The notes: a model not told the origin generated them from the letters alone. 56,994 nt of DNA from an uncultured Candidatus Poseidoniales archaeon (GCA_964618995.1 CAZUBQ010000001.1:157925-214918), one strand, 5' to 3'. Positions 16,836 to 27,413 are shown, counted from the first letter of the stretch. Translations and numbers: made by a program.

Positions 16836-19429
16836 GAGTCGCCGTTCCATCCACCTTCGAACGTACTGTCCATGACCAACAGAATCGGCAGCAGTCCGAG
16901 CGCCAGCAGAAGCGAGAAGAACACCGTCATGGCGGTGACGATGCCGAAATCCTGCACAACAGGCATCGGTGAGAGGCGAAGAACCAGGAACCCACAGATG
17001 GTAGTCCCAGCAGAGAGCACCAGTGCAACTCCTGTCGTAGCGTGGGTCTCGCGCAGTGCTGACCAGGGCTCCTTACCTTCGCTACAGGCGACCTCGAACC
17101 GCCTCCATACGTGAATCGAGTAATCTATCCCCAGCCCTATTGTCAACGCAGTGACCATCACGGTGAGCACGTTCCAGTTGAGATTGAGCAGCGCCATTCC
17201 CCCTACCACCCAGACTGCCGCTACTGCAACCGGAGTGATTACCATCACAGCCGGTCCGATGCGCCGCGTGATGGCGAGCAGAACGATGAATGAGACCACC
17301 AAGCTGATGCCCGTGGATTCCAGTTGTGAGGTCGTCAACCCCTGCATCACCAGCGTCAGAGCAACGAGGTCCCCTGTGACATACATGCGAGCATCCATTC
17401 CGTATCGTCCACTAGACTGCTCGACAACTTCCAGCATACCGTCGACAGATTTCTTGATGTCGCTGTTCGATGATGCCTGCACCTGCACCTCGACGCGCAT
17501 GAAGAGGATACGAGGCTGACCTCCAGACTCGTCAAGGACAACTGAATTCGCAACCCGGGTACTCCAGTCCTCGCCAGTCAAGGGGTCCGCCAAGGAGTTG
17601 TTCTGACTCAATTCCGCTAATGCTGCCGCCAAGTCTCCTGACTGATAGTTGGCCGATGTCACGAGTTCGTTTCCGAGCAAGGATAAGTTGTGCCTCTGGC
17701 CGAAATCGGCATCCTGCTCGATGGCGTCGATGAGCAGTGGGTGCACGCCTTCGTACATCGCATTCCCTTCGCCGGCAGAGCGAGGGATTATGACCCGTGG
17801 AGCGAGTCGTATTCGAGCATCCATCTGGTCGAGGGAATCAACGAATGCCCCATCGTCCACAATCGCATCGTCGCCCTGCTGCGGCTCTATCAAGATGTAG
17901 ATCGGCCTCCAGCCCGTCACCTCGTAGGAGACGAACAATTCGTCCCTGACCTGCATTATCTCCATGTCCTCCGCTAGGAAATCTCCCAGGTCGAATTCAG
18001 TCTCTAGGCGGGACGCGGCGACCACGACCGACCCTGCAGTGAGCAGCGTGACCAGCACGAGTACCACCGCTTGAGTCCTGCGCTGGGTAATGACAAGTTC
18101 ACGTGCGTAGCGACTGGTCAACTCTCGTTCGGCTGTCCGAGAAGGCCTTCCCCTTGCACTTTCCATCAGCACATGCATCGAACCGACGACGACTGTGGCT
18201 GTAACGAACGCCGACAGGACTCCAAAGGCGAGTGTCAGCCCGAATAGGCGTACAGGAGGAAGTGGTGAGACGACGTTGGCGAGGAAGGCAGCAATCGTGG
18301 TGACCACAGCAATCGACAGTGGGAGAGAGAGCTCACGGCAGGCAGAGACCCAAGCAGCGGCTGCATCCTGCCCCTTGTCTCGCGCCACGTTGTAGAACCG
18401 TTGCAGGTGAATCGAGTAATCGATTCCGAGACCCAGAACCACTGGAGCCACGGCGACCTCCAGTACTGAGAAGCGGGCCTGGAAGACTGCGAGCGCCCCA
18501 TAGGTCCACACCAACGCCATGCTGAGAGCCACCAGAGGAAAGGCCACCCCTTGAATCGAGCGGAACGCTATGGCGAGCAGCAGCACTACCACCGCGACTG
18601 CACCAGCAATCAGCCAGACAATGTTTCCAAGTGTCCCTTGGTTGATGTCGTGGCTGATCAGGTCGTTGGAGATGACACCGTATTCGATGCTACTGTCATC
18701 GGAAGCCCCCATCTGGTTCAACTGCAGGCGGAGTTGATTCACCATGTTTTGGCGAACCTCGTCCTCCAGATTCGGATTGATGTACAGTATCCATAGCGTG
18801 CTCGATGCGAATGGGGTGGCATCGCCCGAAGAACGGTTCGCGTCGAGCCAAGCGCAGGTGGTCTCCTCGAATACCAGGTCCCGATGAATCAGTGCATCCT
18901 TAGCGAACCCCGCCAAGGTCACCAGTTCTTCATCAGCCGCCCCGTCGATGCACTGTGTACCTTCAGGCACGGTCTCGTTGATCAACTGCTCCCAACTGGT
19001 GACATCCTGTAGGCTGAGTCCGTTGTCAGTCTCCTCATCGAGTGCTCGCTGGATGATCTCCGGCGCCGTCATCGAACCCTTGATGAGATGGCCGTTCTGG
19101 GTGGCCCATTCGCGCAACGACTCAAGATCGGTCTGCTGCTGCTGCAGCGAAGTGATGCTCAGAGCATTGCCGTCGCTGGATGTACTCGTCACATGTACAC
19201 CGAGCAGACGGGACTCCTCCCCGAAATGCTCCAAGATGCGCGCCTCGGCCTCGTCGGCGTCTGACTCAGGACTGAACTCGGCCAGATCGGTATGAAACGA
19301 GGGGAGCGGGAACAAGAACGATCCGAGCACCAAGGTGAGCAGGAAAGCGGCGGTGAGCAGTGGCAAGGCCCCCACCTTGAGCAGCGATTCCAACCGCTCT
19401 GCAGCGGGCAGAACGCTGCCGCTGGACAT
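16820..19429 (-). CDS. MMPL/RND-family (HAE3-like) transporter
   Basis: Two repeats, each a large extracytoplasmic loop plus TM bundle; GLGIDYSIH motif appears twice. Confidence 0.92.
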   Translation of the reverse strand: MSSGSVLPAAERLESLLKVGALPLLTAAFLLTLVLGSFLFPLPSFHTDLAEFSPESDADEAEARILEHFGEESRLLGVHVTSTSSDGNALSITSLQQQQTDLESLREWATQNGHLIKGSMTAPEIIQRALDEETDNGLSLQDVTSWEQLINETVPEGTQCIDGAADEELVTLAGFAKDALIHRDLVFEETTCAWLDANRSSGDATPFASSTLWILYINPNLEDEVRQNMVNQLRLQLNQMGASDDSSIEYGVISNDLISHDINQGTLGNIVWLIAGAVAVVVLLLAIAFRSIQGVAFPLVALSMALVWTYGALAVFQARFSVLEVAVAPVVLGLGIDYSIHLQRFYNVARDKGQDAAAAWVSACRELSLPLSIAVVTTIAAFLANVVSPLPPVRLFGLTLAFGVLSAFVTATVVVGSMHVLMESARGRPSRTAERELTSRYARELVITQRRTQAVVLVLVTLLTAGSVVVAASRLETEFDLGDFLAEDMEIMQVRDELFVSYEVTGWRPIYILIEPQQGDDAIVDDGAFVDSLDQMDARIRLAPRVIIPRSAGEGNAMYEGVHPLLIDAIEQDADFGQRHNLSLLGNELVTSANYQSGDLAAALAELSQNNSLADPLTGEDWSTRVANSVVLDESGGQPRILFMRVEVQVQASSNSDIKKSVDGMLEVVEQSSGRYGMDARMYVTGDLVALTLVMQGLTTSQLESTGISLVVSFIVLLAITRRIGPAVMVITPVAVAAVWVVGGMALLNLNWNVLTVMVTALTIGLGIDYSIHVWRRFEVACSEGKEPWSALRETHATTGVALVLSAGTTICGFLVLRLSPMPVVQDFGIVTAMTVFFSLLLALGLLPILLVMDSTFEGGWNGDSQDDS

Positions 19430-19539
19430 GGAACAGCCGAAATGAAGTCGGTTGATAACAACGAAGGCACCGAGGCCGCGTAGCGGCCGGATTCCTCCAA
19501 AGGTTGAAAATGGGCGCTCAGGTCGCCGAACCGTTCATC

Positions 19540-19800
19540 ATGGCGATTAAGGTGCTTCTAGACGAAGATGGGGAACTGCGAATGCGCATCAGCGGAGAGA
19601 GTCACACAGCTCTGCAACTGTTTCGCAGCCGACTGAACGATAACAAGGATGTCGAATATGCGAACTACTTTCTGGGCCACCCTGGATTGGACGAACCAGA
19701 ACTCTACATCCGAGTGAAGAAAGGCAAGGACGCATCAAAGGTTCTGAAGAGCCTGTGCTCCGGACTCGCCAAGGAATTCGGAAAAGTCAAGTTGTCCTGA
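19540..19800 (+). CDS. rpoL: DNA-directed RNA polymerase subunit L (Rpo11)
   Basis: ISGESHT, VEYANYFLGHP, PELYIR motifs. Confidence 0.9.
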   Translation: MAIKVLLDEDGELRMRISGESHTALQLFRSRLNDNKDVEYANYFLGHPGLDEPELYIRVKKGKDASKVLKSLCSGLAKEFGKVKLS

Positions 19801-19812
19801 GGCGGCTACTCG

Positions 19813-21210
19813 ATGCCCGAAGACGAACTGGCGCGAAGCCTCGGACTCTCCACTTGGATTTCAGAGGCGGAGGGTATCGGCGGACTGCTGAAGGTGCGGG
19901 TCGAAGATTTCCGCGTCGAGGAGGTGGCCAAGGCACCAGCCCTCGACCACAGAGGCAGGTTCACGGTCGCGCGCATCACACTCATGGACTGGGAAACCAA
20001 CCGCTTCGTCAGTAGACTGGCACGGGAGTTGAGCATCAGTCGCAAGAGAATATTCTTCTCGGGGACGAAGGACAAGCGAGCAGTGACCACACAGCTGTTC
20101 GTCATCGATGCCCCAGTACATTCGGTCGAGGCAGTTGAGTTGAAGGACGTCGACATCGAGGTGCTAGGACGTAGCCACCAGAAGTTGCGCTTGGGAGACC
20201 ATGAACGCAACAGATTCACGGTCGTTGTCCGCGGCTGTGCCGACGCTGATGGAAACCCGATGAGTGGCGAGCGAGCAGTCGAGCAAGTGGATTCGATCAT
20301 CGCCGCCCTGGATGAACGGCTTGGTGAATCTCGTTTTCCAAACTGGATTGGCCCACAGCGGTTCGGTTCGACGCGGCCGGTAACCGCGGAGGTTGGGCGG
20401 CGAGTTCTGGAAGGTGACTTCCAAGGGGCTGTGGACACTTATCTTGGCATGCCCGGGCAGAGAGAGTTGGATGAGGTGGCTCTTTTCCGCGAGTGTTGGC
20501 GGGAGCAGCAGTCGGTGGAAGCGGCGCTGGAGATGATTCCCAAACAACTCGGTTTCGAGCGGGATATGCTCAACCATCTCAAGAGACGGGAGGACGATTG
20601 GCGCGGGGCGTTCCGCAAACTACCAAACAACCTGCAATTGATGACCATCCACGCGTTGCAATCACTTGTGTTCAATCATGTACTGGTGGAGCGGATCGAA
20701 AGAGGTATGCCGCTGACCTCCCCCCTAGTCGGCGACCTCGTCGGGCCACTTCTGGATGGAGGAAAGGTCGATGTTGGAAAACTCTCCACCGTCGAAGCGG
20801 ACACCTTGGAGAGGATTGCGAGAAACTGTCGCCTCGGCCGGCTGGTGGTCACCGGCCCGCTACCGGGTTCAGAATCCATGGCTGCGCTGGATGAGGTGGG
20901 GGGGCTGGAGCGCGCGGTATTGGTTGACCTTGGACTCGACTCTACGAACTGGAGGGTTTCGGAGATTCCCCGCCTGACAACTAAGGGTACGCGGCGGGCA
21001 CTGACAGCGCAATTCGTGGAACTGACGCATGAAGTTGCTGCGGCGGTCGAAGGGGAGGAACTCAGCCAGCGATGGAATGACGGTCCGCAGCCGGGGGAAT
21101 GCTGGCATCAAGATGGTGGCGCCGTTCGCTTCCGCTTCAGTCTGCCACCGGGAACCTATGCTACCACCTTGATGCGCGAACTGATGCGCACGCCGATACA
21201 CCAGCAGTGA
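19813..21210 (+). CDS. truD: tRNA pseudouridine(13) synthase TruD/Pus7
   Basis: EDFRVEE, GTKDKRAVTTQ, NRFTV, FPNWIGPQRFG, GTYATTLMRE. Confidence 0.96.
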   Translation: MPEDELARSLGLSTWISEAEGIGGLLKVRVEDFRVEEVAKAPALDHRGRFTVARITLMDWETNRFVSRLARELSISRKRIFFSGTKDKRAVTTQLFVIDAPVHSVEAVELKDVDIEVLGRSHQKLRLGDHERNRFTVVVRGCADADGNPMSGERAVEQVDSIIAALDERLGESRFPNWIGPQRFGSTRPVTAEVGRRVLEGDFQGAVDTYLGMPGQRELDEVALFRECWREQQSVEAALEMIPKQLGFERDMLNHLKRREDDWRGAFRKLPNNLQLMTIHALQSLVFNHVLVERIERGMPLTSPLVGDLVGPLLDGGKVDVGKLSTVEADTLERIARNCRLGRLVVTGPLPGSESMAALDEVGGLERAVLVDLGLDSTNWRVSEIPRLTTKGTRRALTAQFVELTHEVAAAVEGEELSQRWNDGPQPGECWHQDGGAVRFRFSLPPGTYATTLMRELMRTPIHQQ

Positions 21211-21248
21211 GAGTAACGGCGATGAGTCGGACAACGTCCGAGAACAGT

Positions 21249-21518
21249 TCAGATGAGACCAATCTGCAGAATCTCGATCTCGCCAACCCCGGAGATTGCG
21301 CGGATCTCGTCTTCGAATGATTCGAGTTTGCCGTCACCCTCGTCGATTACACAGTGCGCCTCTACAAACCTGATTCCGAAGGCGAGTGGCTTGATCTCGA
21401 CCATCTGTACGACGCCGTCATCAATCTCCAATGATTCCATCGCGGCTGCGATCGCGTCGGCGTCGGCGTCGGCGTCAGGGTCGCACATTATCTTGTAACG
21501 AATCGCAACTCGTCCCAT
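21249..21518 (-). CDS. ef1b: Translation elongation factor aEF-1beta
   Basis: MGRVAIRYKIM and KPLAFGI motifs; lies downstream of the Zn-finger gene, a conserved archaeal pair. Confidence 0.93.
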   Translation of the reverse strand: MGRVAIRYKIMCDPDADADADAIAAAMESLEIDDGVVQMVEIKPLAFGIRFVEAHCVIDEGDGKLESFEDEIRAISGVGEIEILQIGLI

Positions 21519-21527
21519 CGTTCCACC

Positions 21528-21695
21528 TCAGGGACCTTTGAATCCGCAACCGGGACAGACGTATGGGACGCCCTGGTTTCGGCAACGGGCGCTGCGACCA
21601 ATGCCCACGCCGCAGCTCGGGCAAGGAAAAGCGGTGCTCCTCTGCTCGGTCAACGGGCGCCCTGAAGCACTGCAAACCTCTGCTTTCTTGCTCAT
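21528..21695 (-). CDS. Small Zn-ribbon protein (DUF1610/HVO_2753-like)
   Basis: CSASG, FPCPSCG, RSARCR, YVCPGCGFKGP. Confidence 0.9.
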   Translation of the reverse strand: MSKKAEVCSASGRPLTEQRSTAFPCPSCGVGIGRSARCRNQGVPYVCPGCGFKGP

Positions 21696-21774
21696 GCTCA
21701 CAACCTCTGCTGGGCCGCCGAACGGCTGCCCCCTTTTATGATTGCTCAACGACATACGACGTGGCTGTATGCAC

Positions 21775-22215
21775 TCACGAATCGAGCACGGTCAACTTGC
21801 CGTGACGCCCAGTGCTGACAACCAGTTCACCGTTGCTGCCCCTGCACCATCCTCCCTCGATGCGCACAACGTTCCCGGTGCTCACTTGGTCGACCTGGTC
21901 ACCCCATAGAACCAGTCCGACGATTCCAGTCTCATCACGAGCGCACCCTGCCGCTACCGCGCCATGGTAGTTGGGACTCGAAACCAACCGACGCGGATAG
22001 CGACGCAGTACGAGCATCTCCAAACTGGTGAACCCTGCGCCGGGCTTGAGTTCTCGTACCTGCATCCTAGCAGGATTGAGTAGCGCATCACTCTCCCCCC
22101 ACCCCCGAGACTCGGCGAGCCCTGCGTGACGCAGTATCGCCATCGTCCTCTCGCCGACCGCATCTTTTCCATTCGTTCTTCCATTCCGATTCGTTGTTCT
22201 CATTGTCCGAGACAT
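21775..22215 (-). CDS. Single OB-fold ssDNA-binding protein (SSB/RPA-like)
   Basis: VRELKPG, DETG.V.LVLWG, GNVVRIEGG, GRHGKL. Start uncertain. Confidence 0.8.
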   Translation of the reverse strand: MSRTMRTTNRNGRTNGKDAVGERTMAILRHAGLAESRGWGESDALLNPARMQVRELKPGAGFTSLEMLVLRRYPRRLVSSPNYHGAVAAGCARDETGIVGLVLWGDQVDQVSTGNVVRIEGGWCRGSNGELVVSTGRHGKLTVLDS

Positions 22216-22322
22216 AGCAAGCTCAACTGAGCGCCACGGGTTGTCTGTTGCGATAGGGGTGAGCAGAAACTGAAAGTGCACGCTGCAGCCTTCGCGTTTC
22301 ACATGACGCCTCAAAGTGAACG

Positions 22323-23087
22323 TCACTCGTCCTCTTCGGAGGAGGACTTGACCAACCTGAATCCTACACGGCCGGATTCACCCCGCTCGTCCACCTCGTC
22401 AGCCGGTATCACGAATCCATCATCTGCAAGGCTCCGCTCGACCAGCTCTTGAACCGACATAGTGCTAGTTCCCTTGCTGGGTTTCTCTTTCCTGTTGCGG
22501 CAGATCAGGTAGGTTTCCGAGGAACTGTTACGGCTGGCATCGGGAGAGAATCTTTGAACATTGGAGAAGCGGGTGTTCGCGGCATAAATGAGCGCCTCGA
22601 TTCCTCTGCCCTGGAACACCTTGGTCACCAACACTCCACCTGAGCCCATTATTGGATATGCGAAATCGAACACTGCGCACACTAGTTCTGTAGAGATCGC
22701 CTGATCCATCTCGTACTGCCCAGTCAAACTTGGAGATATATCCGAAACCACGACACGCAGGAGTTCGCCATCCAGTTCGTCTCGGATGCGCTGCTGTGTT
22801 CCTTCATCGATGATGTCACCGACGACGAACGTACAGCCGTCCACAGGCGCGCATCCCTTCAGGTCGACTCCGATGACAATACCATCACCACCTACCACCT
22901 CGACTGCTACCTGAGACCAACCCCCGGGGTGACAACCGACATCGAGGACGGTGTCGCCTTTCCGAATCACCCCGAACCTCTCCTGAATCTGCTTCAACTT
23001 GAACGCCGAACGTGTGCGATAACCCGAGTTGCGAGCCTCGCGTCGCCATGCGTCGCTCCGGTTCGTCGGCCCTCGCCTGTTGCTCAT
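22323..23087 (-). CDS. rlmE: 23S rRNA Um2552 2'-O-methyltransferase RlmE/FtsJ
   Basis: YRTRSAFKLKQI, DVGCHPGGWSQV, VSD, KVFQG, SRNSSSETY (K-D-K-E tetrad). Confidence 0.95.
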   Translation of the reverse strand: MSNRRGPTNRSDAWRREARNSGYRTRSAFKLKQIQERFGVIRKGDTVLDVGCHPGGWSQVAVEVVGGDGIVIGVDLKGCAPVDGCTFVVGDIIDEGTQQRIRDELDGELLRVVVSDISPSLTGQYEMDQAISTELVCAVFDFAYPIMGSGGVLVTKVFQGRGIEALIYAANTRFSNVQRFSPDASRNSSSETYLICRNRKEKPSKGTSTMSVQELVERSLADDGFVIPADEVDERGESGRVGFRLVKSSSEEDE

Positions 23088-23150
23088 CGTGCGGCCGGCG
23101 CCGCCGGGCATATGTAAAGGGGGCGCGTGCGATGCGCGATGGTGGCCATC

Positions 23151-24200
23151 ATGGCGGAAACGAGAGATGCGCACTCTTCACCAGTCGTGGCCCGCGCGGT
23201 GGCGCTGACTTTGCTGGTCGCAACGGCACTCGCGCTGCCGGCTACAGCAGCACCAATGGGCAAAGACTCGCTGCTTGAAGGTTCGCTACAGGTCAGCGGC
23301 GGTGGCACGATTCTGCAAGAACAAGTCACCGCGACGTGGTGCGAAATATGCGCTCTTAGCGACCCGCGCATCATCGATTTCGAGCAGTCTGTCACCCCAC
23401 GGGTCCAGCGGATCGCGCTGCACCCGGACGATGGTTCCGATTCGCTTGGAACACGAATCTCGTCGCACAGAATAGTGCGGGCAGGAGAGAATCCAGCCAC
23501 CCTTCCCCTCCCGTCGTTCTGGCACGATGGTCAAGGTCTGTTCACAGGAGAGGTGAGCGAAGGGAGGCTGCAGTTGCTGCTGCTGGCGGCAGAGAGCGAA
23601 AGGAGGGCTGACACTGAGTTGGACCTGAGAGTGGAGCGAACGCACGTCTCCATCATCATCGATGTGCTGCTGGAGGTGGTGGCTGGTCAGAACCTCAGCG
23701 GCACCCAATTGAGCCTGTTCGTTACAGAAGACGATGTCGATATCGGAGCGGAGGAGGCTGCACGGATGAATGGAATCCGCATGCATCAGGGTGTGGCACG
23801 GGCGTTGATTGAGGTTCCACTGGCCGAAGTGGCTGACTCCCAGCGAGAAGCGGCGGCTGCTTCAGTGGCATTCGCTGAGCCTGTCGAGGCATGGAGCGCC
23901 ACGCTCGAACGCCACGGCGAGGTGATTCATCTGAGACTCCAGTTGGTGCCCGACGCGTCATGGACGCTGGGCAGCCTGGGATTCACGATCGTACATGAAT
24001 CGGTCATCGGTGACGATGACCTGCGCGTACTTGGCGCCGTCTCGGCCATGCAACGGGATGAGGCGCCACAAGGAGCAGGCGGAGGATGGGTTCTCGTCGT
24101 CATGCTGTTCCTCTCCTGTCTGTTGATGGCGCCTGAGATTTCGTCACGACTGGCGCATTGGACCGGATTCGACGCCGAGGGGGCTGCCGAGGAGGCTTGA
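23151..24200 (+). CDS. Secreted thioredoxin-like/Omp28-related protein with C-terminal TM
   Basis: Signal peptide, TATWCEIC CxxC, IALH, LFVTED and HQGVAR Omp28-like motifs, C-terminal TM. Confidence 0.7.
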   Translation: MAETRDAHSSPVVARAVALTLLVATALALPATAAPMGKDSLLEGSLQVSGGGTILQEQVTATWCEICALSDPRIIDFEQSVTPRVQRIALHPDDGSDSLGTRISSHRIVRAGENPATLPLPSFWHDGQGLFTGEVSEGRLQLLLLAAESERRADTELDLRVERTHVSIIIDVLLEVVAGQNLSGTQLSLFVTEDDVDIGAEEAARMNGIRMHQGVARALIEVPLAEVADSQREAAAASVAFAEPVEAWSATLERHGEVIHLRLQLVPDASWTLGSLGFTIVHESVIGDDDLRVLGAVSAMQRDEAPQGAGGGWVLVVMLFLSCLLMAPEISSRLAHWTGFDAEGAAEEA

Positions 24201-24336
24201 CGCCGTATTGCGTTCGGTGTGAACTCTTCCGCCGAAACATCCTGATTTGTCTGTGGACCCAAATAAGGTATTCGTGTCCTTGTTCGCGTATGTTCCATGA
24301 GTTGCTTTATCACCTATCACCACCATCATCATCTTG

Positions 24337-24621
24337 ATGGAGAAGAAAACCGAACCAGACGAGATGCTGGACGAGACAGTGGTCGTCACGCGTGAATGGA
24401 TCGTCGAGTACATCGTAGAGATTCCTGGACAGGATTCCCTCAACCACCTTTCCATACTGCGCGGCCGAGACGTTCACGACGTGCAGGCACGTCTCTACCA
24501 GGAGTTGCGCGAGGAGTACCCCACCTGCGAACGAATCGAAGTGACTGTCATGCGTCTGCTGCCTGTCGAGAAGGATACCGACGAACAGATGTTCGAACTC
24601 GGCGGTGTCTACCAACCCTAG
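24337..24621 (+). CDS. Small acidic hypothetical protein
   Basis: 94-aa ORF with strong codon bias and an AT-rich upstream region. Confidence 0.75.
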   Translation: MEKKTEPDEMLDETVVVTREWIVEYIVEIPGQDSLNHLSILRGRDVHDVQARLYQELREEYPTCERIEVTVMRLLPVEKDTDEQMFELGGVYQP

Positions 24622-24657
24622 GCCATGAAAGGGATATCCAGCAAAGGCTGACAGGTT

Positions 24658-25281
24658 CTACTCAGGCAGTGGCTCGACCGCCTTTTCCCAATCTCCGCCA
24701 TCATGAGACCTTGAGAGTAGGAGAAACATCACGAACGAGGCGACGGTGGCGATATGCGCCATCGTGCAGAAGGGGCAGATTACCGGAGCGTCATCGGCGA
24801 GAACGAGTTCGACCAGCACCAGCCAGGCGACAGCAGGGAGTCCGAGTCCCGAGAAAACGAGGCCACCCTTGAGCCAGGTGCGGTTCCACTCCTCTGTAGG
24901 AGAGAGAAGCAACGACAGGGCGATGAAACCGAGTACGGTGAATGCCAGCAGCCCGAATATTCCCCATTCGACACCTAGCAATGGAACCTCGTTCCAGCGA
25001 CTGTCACCGATGAGCGTGTGACATCCTTGCACGGTGCAGGCGGTGCTCCCCCCGGCCCCTAGCAACTGACGATGGATGACCCATGTCCATGTTGAGGCCA
25101 GCAGACCTCCGAAGATGACCACATTCAGACCGAGCAGCATCCTGCGTGAATCCGGCCAACCTACTATCTTCTCCTGATTCAACGAATTGAATATCTTACG
25201 TGCCTGTGGAAACGGTATGAAGCAGCCTACTCCGATGATGACGGCGAGTACGTAGAGCATCGGATCGAGTTCATGTAGCAT
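24658..25281 (-). CDS. Vitamin K epoxide reductase (VKOR) family protein
   Basis: Loop cysteines CTVQGC, S.W motif and active-site ICPFC...H within a TM bundle. Confidence 0.9.
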   Translation of the reverse strand: MLHELDPMLYVLAVIIGVGCFIPFPQARKIFNSLNQEKIVGWPDSRRMLLGLNVVIFGGLLASTWTWVIHRQLLGAGGSTACTVQGCHTLIGDSRWNEVPLLGVEWGIFGLLAFTVLGFIALSLLLSPTEEWNRTWLKGGLVFSGLGLPAVAWLVLVELVLADDAPVICPFCTMAHIATVASFVMFLLLSRSHDGGDWEKAVEPLPE

Positions 25282-25962
25282 TCAGGCACCACCGCCGAAC
25301 AGGTTGTTCATCGCCACTGGAAGCCCACCCTCCTGCTGATCATGCTGCCCCATGTTCCATGCTACAACGCCGTTGGGTTGCAGGATGATTGCGAACGGAG
25401 TGGATGACACATCCCATTCAGACTTCTCACTGCCATCTATGTCGTTGAGGTAGGTCCAACTGTGCGCTTCCCCGGGGCGTGTGTTGCAGTTGTTTCCATT
25501 GTTGCAGCCGTTGTAGTCGCTGCGCTCTTGGAAGGCGATGATCTCGTCTGGACTGGTGGACCATCCCGGAATTCCAAGAGAGATGCCGACGGTGATGAAT
25601 TTCACGTAACTCCCAAACTGGTCGTGCATGATGCTCATCTCCTCCCCCTCGGTCCAGCAGTGACCACAGTCGGTGTCGATGAACTGGATGAGGTACCACG
25701 AGCCCGCCTCACCTTCAACCCAGTCCCTGTTGATGTTGTCATAGAGGACGAACTGGTCACCCCAATCGGCAGCTCCTGCTTCATGGGAAGGGGCGCTGAG
25801 GTTCGGTGCGAGTTTCCCTTCCTCTGGACCTATGTTCGGTGCCTCGGAGTAGATGATCAGCACGGCGAACATCACCGTGAGCATCCCCATCACTCCGAAC
25901 GCCGCCCACAGTCGTCCGTCACCACTCTCATCGCGCACCAGCGCGCGCCTTTGTCCGTTCAT
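25282..25962 (-). CDS. Membrane-anchored redoxin (TlpA/AhpC-TSA-like)
   Basis: N-terminal TM, GKLAPN, FIDTDCGHC CxxC, STP cis-Pro motif. Its stop abuts the VKOR start. Confidence 0.85.
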   Translation of the reverse strand: MNGQRRALVRDESGDGRLWAAFGVMGMLTVMFAVLIIYSEAPNIGPEEGKLAPNLSAPSHEAGAADWGDQFVLYDNINRDWVEGEAGSWYLIQFIDTDCGHCWTEGEEMSIMHDQFGSYVKFITVGISLGIPGWSTSPDEIIAFQERSDYNGCNNGNNCNTRPGEAHSWTYLNDIDGSEKSEWDVSSTPFAIILQPNGVVAWNMGQHDQQEGGLPVAMNNLFGGGA

Positions 25963-25969
25963 CTGCACG

Positions 25970-26905
25970 TCAATCAATCTCCTCGAAGAGCACCTTCGTG
26001 GTGTGCCGCACCGCTCCCTCTGAATCAAACTTAGGGGTGTAACCTGCGGCCTCCATCCGGCTGGCATCGAGCATGGCCTTGGGCACATCACCCGCCCAGC
26101 CTCGGTCGCCGCCGGTGTACTCAATGCTGACATCGGGCAAGCCAGACTCCTCAACCACTATCTCGGCGATACGGCGTACACTGCATGTGTCGCTGCTGCC
26201 CAGATTGTAGTAGTTGATCGGCTCATCGACCGTAGTGACGAGATGGAGCATGGCTGCTGCACAGTCGCATACTTCCATGTACGATTTCTCCTGTCGCCCG
26301 TCCCCAAGAACCTCAAGTCGGGTGGGGTCGGCCTTGAGTTTGTGGATGAAGTCGTAGATGACTCCGTGGGTGCCACGCGCTCCGACGATGTTGGCGAATC
26401 GGAACAGCCAGCCTTGCAGTCCGAAGGTCCCGATGAAGGATGTGATCAGCGCCTCGGAGCCGAGCTTGCTGGCACCGTAGAGTGAGATGGGGAACAGTGG
26501 ACCGTAGTCCTCCGGAGTTGGCATCTCGGTCGCCTCGCCATAGACGACTGATGATGATGCGAATGCTATCTTCTGGACTCCAGCCACTCTCATCGCTTCA
26601 AGCACGTTGTATGTCGCAACAGTGCCCTGATTGAGATCAGTGTCGGTGACGCTGGTACCGAGCCGGATGTCAGGATTAGCTGCCAGATGGTAGACTATCT
26701 CGATGCCTTCCATGGCCCCCTTCACCGCCTCGAGGTCCAGCAGGTCTCCGATTACCAGACTCACCTCATCACCATGGTGAGAGAGGAAATCTCGGCGTCC
26801 GCTCGACAGGTTGTCGAACACCCGCACCTCATACCCTTCCTCACGCAACAAATCGACGAGATGCGAGCCTACGAAGCCCGCTCCACCGGTCACAAGACAA
26901 TGCAT
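25970..26905 (-). CDS. NAD-dependent epimerase/dehydratase (GalE-like)
   Basis: VTGGAGFVGSH, SSSVVYG, YGASK, RFANIVG, GDGRQEKSY. Confidence 0.93.
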   Translation of the reverse strand: MHCLVTGGAGFVGSHLVDLLREEGYEVRVFDNLSSGRRDFLSHHGDEVSLVIGDLLDLEAVKGAMEGIEIVYHLAANPDIRLGTSVTDTDLNQGTVATYNVLEAMRVAGVQKIAFASSSVVYGEATEMPTPEDYGPLFPISLYGASKLGSEALITSFIGTFGLQGWLFRFANIVGARGTHGVIYDFIHKLKADPTRLEVLGDGRQEKSYMEVCDCAAAMLHLVTTVDEPINYYNLGSSDTCSVRRIAEIVVEESGLPDVSIEYTGGDRGWAGDVPKAMLDASRMEAAGYTPKFDSEGAVRHTTKVLFEEID

Positions 26906-27136
26906 GGTGCGCCCGCCGACCGACCGCCCCTCCTTGACCGTTGCGCGCCTGCGTGGAGCGTCTCTGCTGCCATGATTCACTTTCAGCGCCCTCCCCTAAG
27001 GGGAGCAGTGTCACATTCAGCGCGAAGTAATCCGGGGTGCCACCGAATTTGACATGGGCCGCCAGAGACAGCTGGTCAACTCGGTGCTGACGACGATGAA
27101 TACAACAATGACTAGATGCGCCGGGAATGTGATAAA

Positions 27137-27403
27137 ATGACAAAAAAGACACAAACCGAAGAGAATGGAAACCAGACCGAAATGGACATGCCCGACTCAC
27201 TGTTGGTCGGCTACGTCCGCAAGAGCAACGCCGGAGGTGCGCTGAAGATCTCGATCAACACCAGCGCCTTCCAGGACTGCTCGACCTACGAGACCAGCGA
27301 TGGCCAGACCTACGTGCCGCTCGTGATCAGCATGAACGCGGTGCGCCGCGTCATCGATGGCGAACGAGCAGTCACGACTGTCAGCCAGCTTCAGGACAAC
27401 TGA
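27137..27403 (+). CDS. Small conserved-looking hypothetical protein, probably highly expressed
   Basis: 88 aa; the core uses almost only C/G-ending codons; followed by a strong hairpin. Confidence 0.8.
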   Translation: MTKKTQTEENGNQTEMDMPDSLLVGYVRKSNAGGALKISINTSAFQDCSTYETSDGQTYVPLVISMNAVRRVIDGERAVTTVSQLQDN

Positions 27404-27413
27404 TGCTGCCACC

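Noticed and set aside
25963-26154. 64-aa N-terminal extension of the redoxin ORF
   Set aside because: It overlaps the epimerase CDS; ATG 25962 just after the epimerase stop is the plausible start.
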